This document shows positions 37,191 to 50,196 of a DNA stretch of 64,000 nt, in pieces; the first letter of the stretch is position 1, and each line of letters begins with the position of its first letter. The notes beneath the pieces are model-generated. The model ran no database searches and was not told where the DNA came from. It saw nothing but the letters and a program-made list of their open reading frames with translations. A program made the translations under genes and the position numbers. Source of the stretch: Utricularia gibba (taxonomy: Eukaryota > Plantae > Magnoliophyta). The DNA is taken from the NCBI GenBank assembly GCA_002189035.1, contig CM007989.1, positions 5,084,001 through 5,148,000 on the forward strand, in the 5' to 3' direction.

Positions 37191-39332
37191 AGATGCAATA
37201 GGTGAAATTAAAGTTACCTGGGGTATTGGGTGCTAAAAACGAAAAGAAAATGGTGGCTGTGAAATTAAAATCATGGGTTGCCTCCAATGTAGTGCCAATT
37301 TATAGTCTTTGATCGACTGTAGCACCGGTTAATGTGCCGTGACTAGCAGTTAGCAGCATATACTATATGGCTGAAATTTATCATACAATGGCTTTCGTCG
37401 ATGTCCATTGATCTTAATGCTTTTCTCTGTCTCAAATGAACGAATAACAATGCACCAGAAGGAAAAACATTCATAACTTCGTAAGGTCCAAGCCACTTAA
37501 AACGCAATTTTCTCAGAAAATATTTTAAAATAGTATAAAACAAGAGAACTTTTTGACCAACTAAAAAGTGTTTCTCATGCAACTTATTGTCATGAAAGCG
37601 TTTTACCTTTTCCTTATACAGGAGCTGTGATGACACACAAATTTTCTTGTGTTTCATGATATGAAAATTATAATTTTTTAATTATGCTTAGTTGTTTATT
37701 TTATAGTTTATTATATTTGTATAATTTAGTGATTATATGAACTTTGTGTGCAAATGTGCTAAATCCTTTGATTTAACCCATCCTATGTACTAATGTGTTT
37801 TGAGTCTAGCAGCAACTCCCAAAAGTCGGGGGAGACAACATGGATTTGGTGCAAACATCAGGTTGTAGAAGAAAAGACAGTATAAGAGAAGGAGCAATGA
37901 GTACACTGTTGCAGTGGTAGTCTTCAAATTAGGGGCAGGAGCAGCAAAGGTGTTAGAGATCGTACTAGCTTTCGGAAATGAGAGAGGAGAAATAATTTTG
38001 GAGGAGAGAGAATGCAAGGAGAGAGAATCACAACAGGGAGCTTCAGTAGAGCGACACACAGAGGCTCCTGCTAGAACACAAATACCACTCATAAGAGGAG
38101 AAGGACATTCTCATGAAGAAGTCTCCCATCCTTAAGAACACCGCCAAGATCCAGTCAACGCTATTGTCCCACGCTATTAACAGTAGCAGACGGGAAATAG
38201 AACACTCGATTTACTTAGTTTACTGGAACTTTACTTTCGTTGGCTATCTATTTGACAATGTTGGGAATATTTTCTTCAGTTTGAAACTATGAAATCATGT
38301 TTTATTTTTCATACATGAGTAGCTAAAACCTTAGGGATGCCTTAAGATGTAGAATGGTGATGTGGAGCTAGAGATAACAATATAATTGATCTTTGTTTTT
38401 TAATTCTTGTCTCTATCATTCCATGGGTATATCTAAGGGGGGGAGGGGGGACAAGTGGATTCACAACTCAGATACTTGATTTAGAGGTAGACCAATAAAT
38501 TAAGGCAGGAGCAGTAGGTATTAGTCTAGGGTAGAACTAGTTGAACCAGGTAGACCTAGTTCTATATACTTTGCATGCAAGTAGACCTAATTTCAATGTT
38601 GATGATGCTATTAGCCAAAAATATGTTGAATGACTTGGGTAGACTTAGGTTGTTAGGAGTTGTAAGTATAGGAACATGGTAAATTAAATTAGGTATCTTA
38701 GCACCAAATCACCTGCATTACCTTAAGGCATCTTAGTATTATCCCATGCTTAGAACCAGCACTTGTTATTTTCTGCTTTGTAGCTTGACCTTACTTCACA
38801 AGTTTTTCTGTTACTGTTAGTTCGATCTTAGACTAAAATTGAAATCCTTCTATGATCCTGCATAGACTAGAACACATAGCAAGCATTCACTCCTTGTGAT
38901 CGACCCCGAAAACCACTATGCATGTTTTCTGATCTTGTATTTTGTGAATAGTAGGGTTTATAAATTTATTTGATACAGAATTTGTATTATTACAATAATA
39001 TTCAAAAATTTTCGATTATCAAGCTGGTTAGTGTAGGCGTTGAGGTGAATTTCCTCCAACTCATTCAAGTCCAAAAGTATATTCTCTCTAACTTGGTCAC
39101 TAGTCAGGTTGCATGACTTGATGGCCCAGTATGCCTTGTGATGAAGTTCAAAAGGAGGATGACATGTCTTACCATAGATCATTCGGTATGTAGACATTCC
39201 TATATGATTCTTGTAAGTAGTACGGTACGCCCATAGTCCATCAGTGAGCCTTAAGCTCCAATCTCACCTATTTGGGTTCATGGTACACTCCAAGATCCTT
39301 TTCACCTCTCCATTTGATACTTCCGCCATGCC
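37191..39332 (-). pseudogene. Athila integrase C-terminal fragment from a further element
   Basis: GMAEVSNGEVKRIL...YRMIYGKTCHPPFELHHKAYWAIK...NAYTN|QLLYKEKVKRFHD...KWLGPYEV, split by the solo LTR 37628-39021. Confidence 0.78.
37628..39021 (+). mobile_element. Athila-type solo LTR, family F (1394 bp)
   Basis: TGATGACAC...GATTATCA with perfect TSD AGCTG (37623-37627 and 39022-39026). Removing it restores the integrase frame AYTNQLLYKE. Confidence 0.88.
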
Positions 39333-42131
39333 ATTTTATAATACATGTGTTGCGTGTCATTTTTCGTGCAAAGTGTTTTGTAAGAAACTTCTACGAAATG
39401 TAACGGTTTTGTAAAAGGGGGTTTGGGAAATGCATAAATAAAAGTTACAACCTAAGTGATGGGCCTTAACTACGGGACGCAGTTCCTAGGAATGAAATTC
39501 AGTCTCCTTCTTTTGTCTATCCTTACCTCGGTTTTCACTGATTTCTTCCGAAAAGCTGGTTATAGGAGCAAGGAATAGCCTGCTCTCCCTTAAAATTTGA
39601 TTGACTAGGAGGCACGGGCATAGCCTCATGTGATTCCCCCTTCGATGATTAAGAAGACAAGAGGATTGCCTTCGATTGCCTTCAAAACGGAATTGTGCGC
39701 GTGTGCCCAGCTATTGCCAATGGCCAGTGGCAAGCTCGAGGTTACAACCTGTCCACTGTCACGATACCTTGACCACAAACAATCTGCTACTTCCCTTGAA
39801 CCTGTACTCATGGACCTTTACTAGGAGTCGTTACAGAAAGACTGCAACAAGATGCGTGGAAGTATGTGAAATCTGAATTGAATTCAGCGAAGGTCCGAGT
39901 GTAGTGCTTGATGAACGTTGAAATGGGTTGCTAAATGTCACAGTTTAGCATATTCAACGCATCAAAAGAAATTTATAAACCGAGCTATTCTACTACACAA
40001 ATCACAAGAATTAATGTAGTGTGGCAAGCAAGTGTCGAATCCACAGGGAATGGTTGCAATTTTCTAAAATTCATCACAATTACTTGAAACAGGGGGGGGG
40101 GGGGTTTCTGGGATTTAAGTCTAATGCGGGTAAGACGTAAAATAACAGTTACTGGAATAAACAAGTTGCAGGGATGAAGAGGGACTGAAATTAACGTAAA
40201 GGTGCATCAAACATAAAATAAAAGTAATTTGGCTAGATTTTACACTAGGGTCTAGCTCTTGTGTCACTCAAGAGAGCCCTTAGGCTTAAACCCAACTTGG
40301 AACGCTTGAAAATAGAGTAATAGTTTGCAGAAACAGAGCATGGTTCGCATGAACAGTAAAAGCGCGTTAAACTTAAAGGCAAACATAGAAAGCTTAAACA
40401 GAAACATGTTTATAAACTAAGGCAAGGTCTACAATAAGTTTCCAGTTCACAGCAAGGTACCGAAAAGCATCAGAAAGCATAAAAACGACGGCAATAACAG
40501 TAGCAAGTTCACGTAGAAAAGGGAGTGCAGAAATCTATAAATAAAAGTTGTAGAATGCTTCTATGGGCTGGAGATCTATTGGAAATCGAAGTTCTTGCCG
40601 GAACGGTGGTGTAGACACGCAGATCTGGAGGTCGCCGGAGACTTGCGCCGGAGAAACGGAGTTCTCCTTGCTCCCGCTCGCTCCTGTTCGCTGCCTGTGC
40701 AGTCTGCATGCACAGTGTACTCTGCCTCTTCTCTCCCTTCCTTTACCCTTTTGCAGCTCAAAAGTAAGGGTAGCTTCGTCTTTTCCTCAGGTTTCTAGAA
40801 GGGAGATCTCTGCTCCATATCTTATCTCTTCAGAAGGGCGGCTACTTTCGGCGGAAAGTAGCTTTTGCACAGCTTTTCTGTCCCTTCTGACTTGTCAACG
40901 CGGAAAGTGCGCTGCTACAGTACTAGCTCTTACCCTGGTAAGACTTAAAACATACACTGGACGAAATATTAGAGTTTTCGGCTCAATTGTTGCCAATTGA
41001 GCCTGTTTTCACAATAAACACATTCTACCAGACTAAATACGCAAAAGAAGATAATTTAGCATACTAAATAACATTTATCCCTACAAAACATGCTTAAAAA
41101 CATATATAAAAACATAATAAAAATGGTGTTATCACACTATCCTACAATGACTCTAGACTTGTCCTCAAGTCTAAAACAGAAAATCTAAGGTTGAGTCTGC
41201 TGAGGCAAAGAAAAGGTTTCGATTCATGTTGTCCATGCAAGGAGTGAAGAGAAGAGGTAGCAAGTGCTGGTAAGAATAGTTTCACTCAAGCACAGATAGT
41301 AGAGGTTACTCGCATGCTTCAAGTGTTCAAAAATCACATTTGCACTATTACTAACTCGATCCTAACTGGCAGTGGCATACTAACAGTGACATGTACGAGT
41401 TGTACCTTGTAAGACACATACGACTTATAATAAGAATGGTGGCTGAGAATGAAAAATGATGCACATGAGGTACTAAACAAAAGGAGAGAAACTTGAGAAC
41501 TCTTCCACTATGACTTAGTCACATTCCCCTCCCTCTTTTCATCCTTATTTCTCCTTGAGTGGTTGGCCAGACCACAAAAAATGTTCAGGGAAAATGATTA
41601 GTTCATAGTGTCTAAGCCTCAAGCTCTTATTTCCTACAAGATATATTTTTTTTACAGCACGGCTTTTCTGGTGTGCCCGCTTTTTGTATCTTTCTGCCCT
41701 TTTTTTTTTCTTTACATATAGCTCGGCTTTTTTTTTTTTTTTTTTTATGTGCATCAGCCACGATCTATGTGTCTAACTCAGCATTCCTCTAACATCCACA
41801 TACTAGCAGACCACATACAAGCTATTCACAAGAAAGTCTTAGTGCAGATAGAGCAGAACACAGGTCGCATGCATGCACTTTTCTACAAAATCTGCCTACC
41901 CTCATATAAGTCTTACACAGGTAAGAACTAAAAAGACTGAGTCCTCACAGAAGCGAAGGGGTAGGCATATTACATTTCCAGCATGAACCAAAATTCCTAA
42001 ACATGCTCAGCAGTACTCAAGGCAACAAAAGACAGAAAAACAAGCGCAAAACACATGCAAGACAAGAAGGAAAACTAAAACACATAAAACATAAAACTCA
42101 TATATACAAAACAAACAGGGTAAAAGTCTAA

Positions 42132-44381
42132 TCAAGACTTAGGAGGAGCGGTAGGACCTGCATTTGTCTGTAAATCAAGCAGAATTTCCAAGTACATCTT
42201 CAGAGTTCCCACCGTACCTCGCAGCTCATGAACTTCCTTCAAACAACAGCACTCTCCACTTTTCACAGGTGCTTCCCCAGCCCCAGCAGATGTAGAAGCT
42301 TCCTGAGCATTGGGCAGGGGCTGCTCCACAACATTTCCATCACCTGTGCCCAAAAAAAATACGATCTTGCCTTTGGCAAGTCGAGTCATGCCAATGTTCA
42401 TGAGAAAAGACAAGTCTATGGGGAGATGTGGGGGTCCAATGTGCAGATTTGCATTTTCTAAAATGTCAGGACCAAATTCCTTCAGAGCCAAATAAGAAAT
42501 CCAATTGCCAAACCGCAAAGTTAAAACGCGATTTCTATTCCCTACTTCCTTCTTCATCAGATCAGCCAGTAAAGCACCAACATTCAAGGGCCTTTTCATC
42601 ATTAAGCTCCACAAAATAAAAGTTTCATTTTTAAACAGAGAATTGAAGGCACGCTGGTGCTGGAAAAAGGAAGCAGAAAGCAAAACATGAATAACCCTCC
42701 ACACAGGGTCTACTATCAAGCTGGCCTTAGTTCCTTTCTGCTTAAAAATAACTTCACACTGCCCAGTCAATTGTTCATACACTTCATGCTCATCAAAGTA
42801 GTCTATTCCAGGAAAATCAAACATAGAGGTTTGGAAAGCAGTGGAATTCACATCATCCTCAGAAACCAATCCTAAGGCTTGATTCCAATCGGCTAAAGAG
42901 TAGGCAAACCATTTTCCAAACAATCTAAACTGAAGAATACCAGGGGCAAAGACAGTTTCAGGCACATCATACACAAATGTCGTGAAAAATTCATAACACA
43001 ATTCAGCTCAGGCAGGCAGCTTGTTCTGGAAAATAAGAAGGAATGGTGTACCTGCCAACCGTTTGTTTACCTCCTACTCAATGCCAAGATGTTGCAGTGT
43101 TTCGATGTCAAGGTAGCGCACCGGTTCTGGCCCTGCCCCAAAAATTGTATCCAACTTTTCTTTGTGGTCCCTGCTGCTGAACCGGAGGTATTCTGTAAAA
43201 ATTTCTGTGTCCTCCTTAGTGAAAAATGCGTGCCCTCTGCTAGTCATTCTTCTTGAACAGTCTTCCAACCCTACCATGGTGATCTCCCTATCTGCAAAAA
43301 TAGTGGAGCCAATAGGGGGTTCAGTCATTTTCTCTTTACCTTTTCCCTCCTTGCGTTGTTTCGCTTTTCCTCTCTTCTGCGTTTTTCCGGTCTCCTTCTC
43401 CTCTCGTGGCCATTTCTTTGGTTGTTCCTTGCGGACAGTGGCACCCTCCTCTCTGGCTGTCTCGATGGTTGTTGGTGTTTGTTCAGAACTCTTCCTTGCT
43501 GGAGGCTTCTTGCTTGTGGCCGTGTCCTTTTTATTGGCAGTTGCTGCCTCTCTTGTTGGCTCAGAAAGTGTTGACGAAGGCGCAGAGGCCTTGTGTGTTG
43601 CTGCTGCGCCCTTCTTCTTGCTGGCAGCATTTTCCTCCTCCCACTGTTTGGCTGCCAAATTATCTTCATCTGCTCTCTGCTTGCGCGTTCTGTAGGTCCG
43701 ATGAGTCACACATTGCTTGACTCTGCTACGCTTGCCCTCAACAGGTCTCACCGTGGTATTCCCTGCTAAAGCAGTGTCTTCTGGTGTAGCGGCAAGGGCA
43801 GATCTGGGGATACCCCTCTCCGGGGGGTCTGAAAGTTCCTGGTCCTCAAGGAAATCCGCATAGATAAGGTCAGGTGTAAGTGGGGGTCCCGGGGTGAAGC
43901 GCGCCGGTGGTGGAGGAGTAGCAGAAATAGTAACCACCGGAGCTGGGGAAGGGCTGCGGTTGTTGGCGGGCAATGCTGCAGTAGAAGGACAAGGCGTACC
44001 CAGTGTAAGAGAAAAATCAACGGAACCCACCAGATTTTCGGGCGGAGACGCAAGTTGCGGTGAGGGCGTAATGGTAATAGGTTCGGGTTGTAGCACTGGT
44101 GTGGGCAGAGAGGTGCTAGAGGCGAGTGTGTGAAGATGGGCGACGCGTAAGCCTAGCAGCAACTGCAAAATGTCGGCTTCCACCTGCGCAGTGAGCAGCA
44201 TTTCGTCGGGAGAGGGCCTAGGGCGCGCGGCAGAGGGTACGGTAACAGAGTGAGGGAAAAACTGAATAGTGCGCGGCAAGACAGAGGATGGATTGGTGGT
44301 TAAGGAGGCTGGTGGAACAGATGGGTGGTCAAGGGTGGCCGGCAGCACGGCGGTGGAATCAGAGGATGGGAAGTTCGCCAT
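42132..44381 (-). pseudogene. C2 3' extra ORF (Athila ORF2/env-like), 749 codons with two in-frame stops
   Basis: ATG at 44381 (CCATGG context). ORFs 43074-44522 and 42132-43001 share one frame. Pro-rich, then Lys/Glu-rich, then the ELCYEFFTTF...LWSLMMKRPLNVG domain and a C-terminal coiled coil. Confidence 0.8.
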
Positions 44382-44731
44382 GGAAGGGATGCAACGGTTC
44401 TGTGAAAAGAGGCAAGGGGTGCGAAAAAGGGAAAGTAGCTGTTGGGAAGAAGGGTTCCCACTCGTTTTAAATTGAACCCACTGGGCCTGTGTGACTAAAA
44501 AAAATAAAGAAAAGAATTGCAACTACACAAGAGATGGGCCCTGGCATCAGAAACTAACAGTGGGGCAGAAAAACCAAAAAGATAACAGATTGCGACCGCA
44601 CAAAAAAAAGAATGCATAACTAAAAGTCCAAAAATAATAATGCATAAAGGAAATAAAAGTAGAAAATACTGGTTACCTCCCAGCGAGGACCCTAGAATAA
44701 GTCTTAGGGTAAGACTTAAGTGCAGAATCAC

Positions 44732-47700
44732 TTAGAGGGGAATTTCTGTGAATGCCACAACATCCACAGGGTGTCCCACTTCATCAATCATGAGCTCATG
44801 GAACCCTTTCAATCTGTGACCATTCACAGTAAATGAGCTAAGCATGTCTCTATCAAAAAACTCAATGGAACCGTTAGGATTTACATGTTTAATCACAAAA
44901 GGTCCTTCCCAATGAGATTTCAGTTTACCTGGATGAAGTTTGAGTTTAGACTGAAATAATAATACCTTTTGTCTAGGTTCAAAGTGCTTTCGCAAGATCT
45001 GACGGTCATGGAACTGCTTCGTGCGTTCCTTGAAGATTTTAGAATTCATATAGGCCTCATGTCTTAGCTCATCAAGCTTTGAAAGTTGGAGCTTTCTGAA
45101 GTCACTACTACCTTGAATCTCCAAGTTCACTCGCTGGATCGCCCATCTTGCCTTCTGCTCTAATTCAATGGGCAAATGGCAATGTTTACCATATACAAGA
45201 CGAAAAGGAGACATACCGATGGGGGTTTTGAAGGATGTGCAAATTGCCCAAAAGGTGTCATTCAACTTGGAGCTCCAGTCCTTGCGAGAAGAAGTCACAG
45301 TCTTTTCCAGAATTTGCTTGATCTCCCGATTAGAAACTTCTGCCTGCCCATTGGTCTGAGGGTGGTAAGAATTAGATGGCTTGTACCAGACTCCATAGCT
45401 TTTTCGCAATCTCTCCATAGCCTTGTTAAAGAAATGGCTTCCACGATCACTGATCAAGGCTTTGGGTGTTCCAAACCTCACAAAGATGTTATTCTTCAGA
45501 AAACGTATGACTGAATGAGTATCTTGTGACTTGGTGGGAATTGCCTCTATCCACTTTGAAACATAGTCCACTGCCACCAGAATGTACTCATAGCCATCAG
45601 AGTTTGGAAAGGGGCCCATGAAGTCTATTCCCCACACATCGAACACTTCTGGAACCACAATTGGCTGCATTGGCATTTCATGCCGGTTTGAGATATTCCC
45701 TGTTCTCTGGCAGTTCTCGCAGCTCTTACAGTAAGACTTGGCATCTTTGAAAACTGTTGGCCAATAATAACCACAATCTTGGTAGTACGGTTAGGACCAT
45801 GGTGCCCTCCACAAGGAGATGCATGACAGAATGCCAACACTTGCTGAATATCATCTTCATTCAAGCAGCGTCGCACAACACCATCAGCACAGTTTTTCCA
45901 CAGATAGGGGTCATCCCAGAAATAGTGCTTACTCTCACTCTTCAACTTCAGCTTCTCATAACTCTTTAAGTCCAAAGTCATCTCTCCAGTGCACAGGTAA
46001 TTGGCTATGTTAGCATACCATGGTTCACTAGTCTTACCTGCATCAGCCTTAATTGCGCAGAGTTGTTCATCTGGAAATTCTTCAACAATTGGAACACCAT
46101 CCATGGGTTGCTCGATTCTGCTAAGATGATCTGCAACTTCATTGAGCTTCCCAGGCTTATCCCTGATTTCCACATTGAACTCTTGCAGCAATAAGACCCA
46201 CCTCATAAGCCTTGGTTTGGTCTCCTTTTTGGACATGAGGTGTTTGATGGCGGCATGGTCTGTATCCACAATCACTTTGTTACCCAACAAATAGCTTCTG
46301 AACTTTTCTATGGCAAATACAACAGATAGCATCTCCTTCTCGGTTGTAGTGTAATTTGCTTGAGCATTATCCAAAGTTTTAGAGGCATAGTTGATAACAG
46401 TGTCTTTTCCATTAAGTTTCTGGCCTAACACAGCTCCTACTGCATAATTGGATGCATCAGTCATCACATGGAATGGTTCACTCTAGTTGGGTGCTTGTAT
46501 GATAGGAGTTGATGTCACGGCTGCCTTGAGAGTTTCAAAAGCATGCTTACATTCATCTGAAAAAATAAACTCAACATCTTTTTGCAAGAGGTTAGTCAAT
46601 GGTCGAGCAATTTGAGAAAATCCCTTAATAAACCTCCTGTAAAATCCAACATGGCCTAAAAATGCACGAACTCCTCTTTCATCATGTGGATATGGTAAAC
46701 CAAAAATAGTACTTACCTTAGCAGGATCTACTGTAAGACCTGCTATAGAAACAACATGCCCAAGTACAATTCCTTGGCGTACCATGAAATGACGTTTTTT
46801 AGAGTTCAAAACTAAATCTTTCTCAACACAACGTTTCAAAACAAGTTCTAAATGATTCAAACAATCATCAAAGCTAGTCACATGCACAGTAAAGTCATCC
46901 ATGAATACTTCAATGAAATCATCAATATAATCCGAAAAAATGCTGGTGACACACCTTTGAAACATCTCTAGGGCATTGCAGAGACCAAATGGCATCTTCT
47001 TGTACGCATAGGTGCCAAAGGGGCAGGTAAAAGTCGTCTTTTCTTGATCATCCGGTGCCACAGCAACCTGATTATACCCTGAGTACCCATCAAGAAAGCA
47101 ATAAAAACTTTTACCACTTAACCTGTCCAACATTTTGTCCACAAAGGGTAGAGGGTAGTGATCCTTCCTTGTTACTTCGTTCAGCTTTCTGTAGTCAATA
47201 CATACCCTCCAACCATTTTGAACTCGTGTCGCCACCTTCTTTCCATCAGCATCTTCGAAAACTGTAATTCCTGTCTTTTTAGGGACTACGTGGATAGGAC
47301 TTACCCACGTACTATCAGAAATCGAGTAAATCACTCCAGCTTTCAATAGCTTTTGGATTTCCTTCTTCACAACCTCCATGAGGGTCGGATTAAGCCTTCT
47401 CTGAGGTTGTCTAACCGGTTTTGCTCCGTCTTCAAGATAAATCCTATGCATTGTGACAGAAGAGCTAATTCCAGTTATATCATCCAGCGTCCAGCCAGTA
47501 GCCTTGCTGTTAGCCTTAAGAACGTCCATCACTTCGTCTCTTCTTCATAAGAAAGATCAGCACTAATAATCACTGGCTTTGAATTGTCACCAATAAATGC
47601 ATACTTGAGATGTGAAGGCAAGGGTTTCAATTCTCGTGATGCAACACTAGTCACCTCTCCAAGCTTCAACAAGTCTTTATCTTCAATGAAACATTCTAGA

Positions 47701-50150
47701 ATTACATGCTCAGCTTCCTCCTCTTCGAGTTCAACATCTTGTCTAAACAATTCAAGAATATCATGCTGCTCTTCATCAAAAACTTCCTCTACTAATTCAT
47801 CAACGACATCAACTCCAGTCACAGGTGCAAAATCATCAGGGAACTTTTCAGCTTCATTGGTCTTAAAGATAGAAATATCATCAGCATAACCAATAGTAAT
47901 GGCTCCTTTACTACAATCAATTTGAGCATTTGCAATAGTTAGGAAAGGGCATCCAAGAATCAAAGTATTATCATTCACCCTAGCTGGAGGCATTTTAACA
48001 ACAACAAAATCGCAAGGATAACAAGTGTTAGAAATTCTAACAAGAACATCTTCAGCAATACCCTCCGGAATGGCCACGGATCTGGTTGCAAGTTGTAATT
48101 TCAAGTTGGTTGGCCTGAGGGGTTCCAAATCAAGTGCCAAATAAACTTCATAAGGCATCATGTTGATTGAGGCGCCTTGATCTGCCATTGCCCTGCTGAT
48201 GAATTTAGTTCCTACCTGGATAGGAACAAAAAATGTTCCAGGGTCTGAACATTTTTCTGGCATCGGGTGGGTCAGGTATGCGGAGACTTGAGCACTGACT
48301 TTGATCACGTCCTCATCCTTGCTTTTCCTCTTCGAACTACACAAGTCCTTCAATACTTTCATCCCTTTCAACACTTGCCTTAAATAATCTACAGCCTTCA
48401 TGGTGATCATTGTAGAGTCCAAGGTTGAAATGATAGAGTCCTTTTCTTCTTTCCTTGCTCGAGCTTGCAATCTTCCAGGAAAAGGAGGCATCTTCTTGAT
48501 CTCAACAACAGGTTCCCTTGCTGCCTTTTCATGCTGCACCTTATCCTCAGAATTAATTTGAATCCCTTCTGCTGCTTTGCTAGTGGCTTGTAGGGCTTTT
48601 CGGTCAGGGAGCTGCTTTCCCCCACGAAGTTATATAGCAGAAATGTTGGCCTTCGGATTAGCATTGGGCTGAGATGGTAATTTCCCTGAGTTTCCTTTCA
48701 GTTCAGTGAGCTCTGTAGCAAGTTGGCCAATTTGCCTCTCAAGACTCTTCATCATCTTCTCAGATTCAACATCCCTTTTGGCCTATTCAGCATCCTTTTT
48801 TGCTTGTTCAGCATCACGTCTGGCCATGTTTTCCAGCATCATCTTCATCATTTCTTCAGTGGAAGGAGTTGGTTTAACACCTGAAGTGCTTGGCTGGTCG
48901 ACTCTCTGATGTGGGGGTTGATTAGGCTTGCTTTGATACCTATTCCCCTGCTGAACACTATGTCCTTGCTGAAATGAAATTGTTTGAGCTGGTTGCTGCT
49001 GTTGATTAAATCCCAGATGTTGTGGATTTTCAACATTGGTGCTTCTCCAACTGAAATTGGGATGATTCCTCATAGGCTCAAATCGCTGGTCATTCTTGGG
49101 CCAGAAATAATTAGCTCTATTATTCATGTACCCCATTGCATTCACTCCTTCAAGTGGTTTTTCAAGATTTCCTTTCATGGAGCAATGATCAGGAGTATGC
49201 CCCAAAATTCCACAGACTTCACAAGGCATGGATTTAGCATGAACAAGAAATAATCCTTTCACCATATCCTTCAATTCCGCAATATCCTTGTCATTTCTTG
49301 TTGCTTCATATTCTCTTAGTACTCCCATCTCATTCACTTGTCGCTGGGCTCTGGATCGAAATTGAGAATGCCTTGAATGTCCAACCATTTCTTTAATTTT
49401 CTCCCAGCCTTCAAATGGGGTAAGAGTCCTCATATTCCCATATGCAGCAGAATCCAATTTATCTCTTTGGGCAGCAGTTAAGCCCTTCAAAAAACATTTC
49501 ACTTGCTTTAATCTATCGAATCCATGGTGTGGACAGCTTGAAAGAAGGGTTGTGAACCTGTCCCAATACTCATGTAGAGGCTCATCATAATCCTGAAAAA
49601 TATTCTCAATTTTGCTTCGAATTTCATATGCTCTCGAGGTAGGAAAAAATTGATTTAAAAATGCTTTCTTCATTTCCATCCAGCTTCTAATACTTCTAGG
49701 TTCAAGTGTATTGAACCACATCTTGGCATGTCCTTCAAGAGTAAATTGGAAGACTTTGAGTAGTAAATCATCCTCAGTCACGTCCTTGGGTCGCAGCAAA
49801 GCTCCAACAGCAATACAATCATCAATATACATATGAGGATCCTCATTCTTGTTCCCATTATACTTAGGAAACAGAGCAAGAGTTCCTGGCCTCAACTCCA
49901 AATTAATTGCTACTGTAGGAAAGGTAATGCAGTGCCCTCGGTATGTATGATCTGGTGACTCATACTCTCAAATAGTCTTCTCCAAAATATTCACAAGCTG
50001 TTGGTTATTTGGTGGGTTGTCATCCATCTCTTCGGCTCTCAACTTAGCCTCTTGCTGACTTCGTTTGTGCTTCTTTCTCAGTAATTTTTCGGTCCTCTCG
50101 ATCTCCAAATCAAGGGGTTCAAGTGGACCTACAAAGGAACGTAAATGCAT
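44732..50150 (-). pseudogene. C2 gag-pol polyprotein (degenerate)
   Basis: Gag (MHLRSF...WFNTLEP...CEVCGILGHTPDHC), protease (ADQGASINMM), RT (WVSPIHVVPKK...FMDDF), RNase H ([14 protein letters not shown]), integrase ([10 protein letters not shown]...WEGPF). Confidence 0.93.
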
Positions 50151-50178
50151 TAACAACAGAAAAATTAACAAACACCAT

Positions 50179-50196
50179 TCCCCGGCAACGGCCCCA
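50179..50196 (-). promoter_or_regulatory. Primer-binding site of C2
   Basis: The minus strand reads TGGGGCCGTTGCCGGGGA, one mismatch from the Athila tRNA-Asp-type PBS. Confidence 0.85.

Noticed and set aside
41135-41175. Weak polypurine tract next to the C2 3' LTR
   Set aside because: The upstream CTTGAGGACAAG motif is present, so this is a variant or decayed Athila PPT, not a new priming mode.
41640-41750. Long T-runs (A-runs on the element strand)
   Set aside because: A common feature of Athila 3' non-coding regions, not a retroposed poly(A) tail; no TSD.
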